Source: Candidatus Hydrogenedentota bacterium
Lineage (GTDB): Bacteria; Hydrogenedentota; Hydrogenedentia; Hydrogenedentales; GCA-2746185
Assembly: GCA_046583315.1 (NCBI GenBank)
Contig: JAYGCN010000290.1
Location: 1-11,652, forward strand
Length of the DNA: 11,652 nt
Direction of reading: 5' to 3'
Every line of letters starts with the position of its first letter. The first letter of the stretch is position 1. The translations under genes and the position numbers were made by a program. The notes below the pieces were generated by a model. That model worked only from the letters and a program-made list of their open reading frames with translations. It was not told the origin of the DNA and did not search any database. Positions 8,554 to 11,652 of the stretch are shown piece after piece.

Positions 8554-9162
8554 TTGGGATTCCTTAACATCGAAATGGTTTCCGAAAAAGTTGCCTTCAA
8601 TGTCGTAGAAATTACCGATGTATTCATTGTCTTCATCAAAATGGTCTTCCGGAACGATGAAAATAACGGCTTCCTCGTCCATATACCTTCGATCCTCATC
8701 AAACAGTTCGGGGCTCTCCGTACGCATTTCGTCCAAAAACTTTTGCGTGACGAGATGCACCTGTGGCCCGGCGTTTAGACGTTGAATTCGACCAGGCAAC
8801 GTTAGCTCGAGGCACGGTAGCCCAATAATAACAAACCCCGCTAAAGGCTGAAACAATATTCCTGTTTCCCCGTCACGAAAAAGCACATCCATCGCCGCAG
8901 AGCCAAGATAGAGTCAATAGAAGATAGAAATAGTCCCGGTAACGAGCTTCGGTGCCCATTGATACTTGCCTGGAAAGGTAATCCCAAGGACGCACACAAA
9001 ACAAAACAATCCTAGTGTGAACATTATTCCGAACTGAGCAAGCGTGAAATCATCAAAGTAGAACGGGAGTACGAAAAATCCAATTCCGGAAATTAGAAAA
9101 ACCGGGACAAGAACGATGAGCACAAATGGTGTTCGCGAGAAAAAAACTTTTGCGAAATTCAC
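8530..9162 (-). pseudogene. Membrane protein gene (about 4 TM helices plus acidic tail) interrupted by one in-frame TGA at 8916-8914
   Basis: ORFs 9162-8914 and 8892-8530 are in the same frame. The AGAGGA RBS precedes only GTG 9162. Reading through gives ...LVTGTISIFY*LYLGSAAMDVLF..., so the stop falls inside a hydrophobic helix. Overlaps the 3' end of the PQQ gene by 24 bp; AT-richer than its neighbours. Confidence 0.65.
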
Positions 9163-9430
9163 GCCGATTCCTCTTTGCCCTGCTACCCAGTTATCTCAGT
9201 ACTAGGTTAGCAAATCACGCAAAGTAAGGCCAACTTGTTCCCAATGAAATCAATACAGGAATCCGTGAGATATGTCGAGCGAAGGAAATATGGCGATAGC
9301 TCAATTGGCTCCAAATCATCATCTTATTCGCCCGAAAAAAATATATAGCGGTAACCGCCAGCGCATCACCCCCAGAATTGGTAGTTTTGGCCTTACCGTG
9401 ACTACTCGATCCGCGGCAATGCCTCAATAA

Positions 9431-9519
9431 ACACTACATAATGTGGCTTATCGTAACCCATACCACACTTAAATCTAAATATGGTTAACAAAAGTCTTGA
9501 CATCCACTACATATTGTGT
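9431..9519. promoter_or_regulatory. Three NrdR boxes (9431-9446, 9472-9487, 9504-9519)
   Basis: Against consensus acaCwAtATaTwGtgt: ACACTACATAATGTGG matches 13/16, AATCTAAATATGGTTA 10/16 with the C-A-AT-T-G core intact, and CCACTACATATTGTGT 14/16. Start-to-start spacings are 41 and 32 bp. Confidence 0.75.
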
Positions 9520-9525
9520 TACATT
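9497..9525 (+). promoter_or_regulatory. sigma70-type promoter
   Basis: TTGACA (9497-9502), 17-bp spacer, TACATT (9520-9525), with extended -10 TG at 9517-9518; predicted start near G9532. Confidence 0.8.
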
Positions 9526-9531
9526 GGTCTC

Positions 9532-9763
9532 GGTGTTGGGAAACACGTAGTTACCGGGGCATTACATTCTCACTTCCCAGAGAGAATGTTCCACAGCCTA
9601 GCCCGGAAGGTCACTACACCCAGAACCGACCGGATTCGTTTACCGCAGCCCAAGCAATCCGGAGGAATCGGTTCTACCCGCAGTTGCAATAGTAGCTCGG
9701 TTTGTTACCCTACACTCCCTGCTTTTGGCGGCGAGTTCCTAGAACTCGCCGCCCTTCCTTTGT
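9532..9763 (+). ncRNA. Candidate structured non-coding RNA of unrecognised family
   Basis: Bounded by a promoter and a terminator. The 5' end (9532-9554) pairs with 9692-9716 (about 20 bp with mismatches and bulges). Internal hairpins at 9564-9589 (8 bp) and 9622-9675 (8+7 bp). No convincing RBS-led ORF is contained within it. Confidence 0.6.
9727..9763 (+). terminator. Rho-independent terminator
   Basis: Perfect 12-bp stem GGCGGCGAGTTC/GAACTCGCCGCC, CTA loop, then pyrimidine tail CTTCCTTTGT (imperfect U-tract). Confidence 0.75.
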
Positions 9764-9805
9764 CCTCCCGGACGGTATGAATTTGGGTATTTTTTGGCCT
9801 CCTCA

Positions 9806-9892
9806 ATCTGGGTTAATCCGTGTTCATCTGTGGTTAAAAAAAGGCAGTTTTCAGTTTCTTCCTCTGCGCCTTTGCGTCTTTACGTTAAAAAA
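9806..9892. repeat. Two short triplet tandem repeats (10-mer x3 and 8-mer x3)
   Basis: ATCTGGGTTA-ATCCGTGTTC-ATCTGTGGTT (9806-9835) and CTCTGCGC-CTTTGCGT-CTTTACGT (9862-9885), each ending in GTTAAAAAA. Confidence 0.7.
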
Positions 9893-9965
9893 GCGATTTT
9901 CGGTTCCCCTGTAATTTCTCCTGTTACCTTGCTAAACTGAACCAAAACGCAAGGACAAATGCACG

Positions 9966-10916
9966 ATGTTCAAAATTCATCCAGTAGTTATATCCATCCT
10001 ACTATTCACCCTCCCACTCACGACTTGGGCGGATTTCACCATCCAAGACGCCAACGGAAAAGTCCACGTCCTTGAGAACAACAAACCAGTGTTCACCTAC
10101 AACTACGATCGCGTTGATCCGCCGGAGTCGCTCGGGCCGGACGCGGACGCGTATTGGCGGTCGAGTTATCTTTACCCGGTTTACGACACGCACGGCGTGA
10201 ACATCACGGATGATTTTCCTTCGGACCATTATCATCATCGCGGGATTTTCTGGAGTTGGCCGGAGTGCCGGGTCGGGGATCGCACGATGGATGTGTGGAC
10301 CTTGAAGGGTGTGCGCCAGGTCTTCGAGAAATGGAACGTCCTGAAGATTGAAAACAACCGTGCGACGCTCTCCGTGCAAAACGTCTGGCGCTTCGACGAC
10401 GACCCAACACCCGTCGTGCGCGAAAACGTGACCATCGTCACCCATGCCGCAGTCGAAGACACCCGCGCGATCGACTTCATTCTGCAATTCAAGAACATCA
10501 CAAAAGAAATCGTCACCTTCCAGGGCGCGACCGACAAAGGTTACGGCGGCTTCAAATTCCGACTCGACGCCACCCAAAAACCATTCACCTTCAACACCGA
10601 CGACGGCCTTCAAAAGCGCGACACCTGGCACGCGGACTCCCCCTGGGTCGACACGCTCTGGACGAATTCCGAATCGAAAAAGATTCAAGGCGTCGCCATC
10701 TTTCAACACCCGGACAACCCCGACTATCCTCACGACGGCTGGATGATCAGGCACTACGGCATCATCGGTCCCGCCTGGCCACATGAAGGCTCCCACAAAT
10801 TACAACCCGACGAATCACTCACCCTGAAATACCGACTGCTCATTCACGACGGGGACACACGTTCCGCGGGAATTGGGCAGGCCTTCGACACCTATGAAAA
10901 ATCCGCCCGCAACTAG
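9966..10916 (+). CDS. Secreted PF14100 'PmoA-like'/DUF6807 family protein, function unknown (not particulate methane monooxygenase)
   Basis: AAGGA RBS; Sec signal ending TWA. Motifs PVFTYNY, RSSYLYPV...G..ITDDFPSDHYHHRGIFWSW, KGYGGF..R, GVAIFQHPDNP, W..R.YG and L.LKYRLLIHDG. Confidence 0.8.
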   Translation: MFKIHPVVISILLFTLPLTTWADFTIQDANGKVHVLENNKPVFTYNYDRVDPPESLGPDADAYWRSSYLYPVYDTHGVNITDDFPSDHYHHRGIFWSWPECRVGDRTMDVWTLKGVRQVFEKWNVLKIENNRATLSVQNVWRFDDDPTPVVRENVTIVTHAAVEDTRAIDFILQFKNITKEIVTFQGATDKGYGGFKFRLDATQKPFTFNTDDGLQKRDTWHADSPWVDTLWTNSESKKIQGVAIFQHPDNPDYPHDGWMIRHYGIIGPAWPHEGSHKLQPDESLTLKYRLLIHDGDTRSAGIGQAFDTYEKSARN

Positions 10917-11050
10917 ATTGCCTCGATTAGTGCCGGAATCCAGCCCTTTCGTTAATTTCAGCCCTAACTTCCATCAACCACCGAAATTCTTTTATAATCA
11001 ACTTTTTTAGTATTAACAAAACCTATTATATGTATCAGAATTTTCAACAG

Positions 11051-11099
11051 TCGTTAAATAGTTAACCTTTTCTATTGACATGTGTTTACATATTAACTA
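11051..11099. promoter_or_regulatory. Two Rex-like operator palindromes (11051-11068, 11082-11099)
   Basis: TCGTTAA-ATAG-TTAACCT and GTGTTTA-CATA-TTAACTA each match 11/14 positions of TTGTTAA-N4-TTAACAA. They are 31 bp apart, and the second lies in the promoter spacer. Confidence 0.5.
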
Positions 11100-11103
11100 A
11101 AAT
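11075..11103 (+). promoter_or_regulatory. sigma70-type promoter of pntA
   Basis: TTGACA (11075-11080), 17-bp spacer, TAAAAT (11098-11103). Confidence 0.8.
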
Positions 11104-11200
11104 GCCGATTCTCTTTTCCAAGATGCCGTGATACCCTACCATTTGTCGTTCGGGTACAGCACCCGAATCGACCCTGAGCAACGCCCAGAAGGGAACGTCC

Positions 11201-11652
11201 ATGCGAATATTTGTACCAAAAGAAACTCACCCCGGTGAAAGCCGTGTGTCCTTGATTCCTCAAGACGCCAAAAAACTGGTGGGATTCGGCGCGGAGGTCA
11301 TCATCGAGTCAGGAATGGGTCTGCCCTCCCGTCATGAAGACGCCGCCTACGAAGAAGCCGGCGCTACGGTCTCCTCGGATCGTGGCACGGAACTTGAGCA
11401 AGCCGACATCGTGCTTCGACTTCGCAAACCGTCTATCGCCGAAGTAAAACTCCTTAAAGCCAACAGCATTCACGTGAGTTTTCTCGATCCCTTTAACGAA
11501 CGCGAATTGATCGATGCTTTCCTTGAGCAAAAAGTAAACGCCATCAGCATGGAGATGATTCCGCGTACAACACTCGCCCAGAAAATGGACGCGTTGAGTT
11601 CGCAGGCCAACCTTGCGGGTTACACCGCCGTCATGCTCGGTGCCGAACGTCT
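11201..11652 (+). CDS. pntA: NAD(P) transhydrogenase subunit alpha (domain I), 3'-truncated by the window edge; missing from the ORF track
   Basis: Own translation: MRIFVPKETHPGESRVSLIPQDAKKLV..G.EVIIESGMG...AYEEAGA...ADIVLRLRKP...AISMEMIPRTTLAQKMDALSSQANLAGYTAVMLGA. The PR...AQ.MDALSSQANLAGY motif is diagnostic of PntA rather than alanine dehydrogenase. AAGGGA RBS. Confidence 0.95.
   Translation, partial: MRIFVPKETHPGESRVSLIPQDAKKLVGFGAEVIIESGMGLPSRHEDAAYEEAGATVSSDRGTELEQADIVLRLRKPSIAEVKLLKANSIHVSFLDPFNERELIDAFLEQKVNAISMEMIPRTTLAQKMDALSSQANLAGYTAVMLGAER

Noticed and set aside
8860..8916. Selenocysteine or alternative genetic code at the in-frame TGA
   Set aside because: No convincing SECIS hairpin 3' of the UGA, no redox motif context, and TGA serves as a stop at 346-348.
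9215..9427. 70-aa minus-strand ORF; also 8554-8778 and 9702-9914 on the plus strand
   Set aside because: No RBS or recognisable features; the latter two overlap better-supported elements.
9598..9616. CCGGAAGG resembling SRP RNA helix 8, or AGCCCGGA resembling a cobalamin B12 box
   Set aside because: The flanking SRP CAGG/AGCA internal loop and the other cobalamin riboswitch elements are absent; no tRNA, tmRNA or RNase P signatures were found either.
9481..9780. 99-aa ORF (or the shorter ATG 9586 version) across the candidate RNA
   Set aside because: It starts upstream of the promoter, runs through the terminator, has no good RBS and has atypical composition; the pairing pattern explains the region better.
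447..10796. Many antisense and alternate-frame ORFs (e.g. 1766-2386, 4973-5629, 10002-10796 on the minus strand)
   Set aside because: They are shadows of real genes caused by codon bias; no motifs or RBS.
9966..10916. Methane monooxygenase suggested by the 'PmoA' family name, tempting next to copper enzymes
   Set aside because: True PmoA is a polytopic membrane protein within pmoCAB; this is a soluble secreted protein and no pmoB/pmoC is present.
1..11652. CRISPR array, IS/integrase, tRNA/rRNA, RiPP precursor for the PHM-like enzymes
   Set aside because: No spaced direct repeats, transposase motifs, cloverleafs or short RBS-led precursor-like peptide ORFs were seen.

Overview
Bacterial chromosomal window (standard code 11, + strand visibly C-rich), with almost all genes on the + strand. 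From left to right: the 3' part of a monoheme cytochrome c; a ThDP-dependent enzyme of the oxalyl-CoA decarboxylase/2-hydroxyacyl-CoA lyase type that unusually carries a twin-arginine (Tat) signal; a hypothetical protein; two tandem secreted paralogues, each fusing a c-type heme domain to a PHM/DBH-like type II copper monooxygenase with all six Cu ligands; a DUF2911-like secreted protein; a soluble PQQ dehydrogenase; a convergent membrane-protein gene split by one in-frame TGA; an ~800-bp intergenic region; a PF14100 ('PmoA-like'/DUF6807) secreted protein; and the 5' part of pntA. There are two standout signals. (1) An apparently free-standing, highly structured ~230-nt RNA (about 9532-9763) has a near-consensus sigma70 promoter overlapped by three helically phased NrdR boxes and its own terminator, with no ribonucleotide reductase gene in view. 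(2) A cluster of exported redox enzymes may form an uncharacterised periplasmic oxidative system. All family calls come from motif recognition by eye; no searches or folding programs were run.
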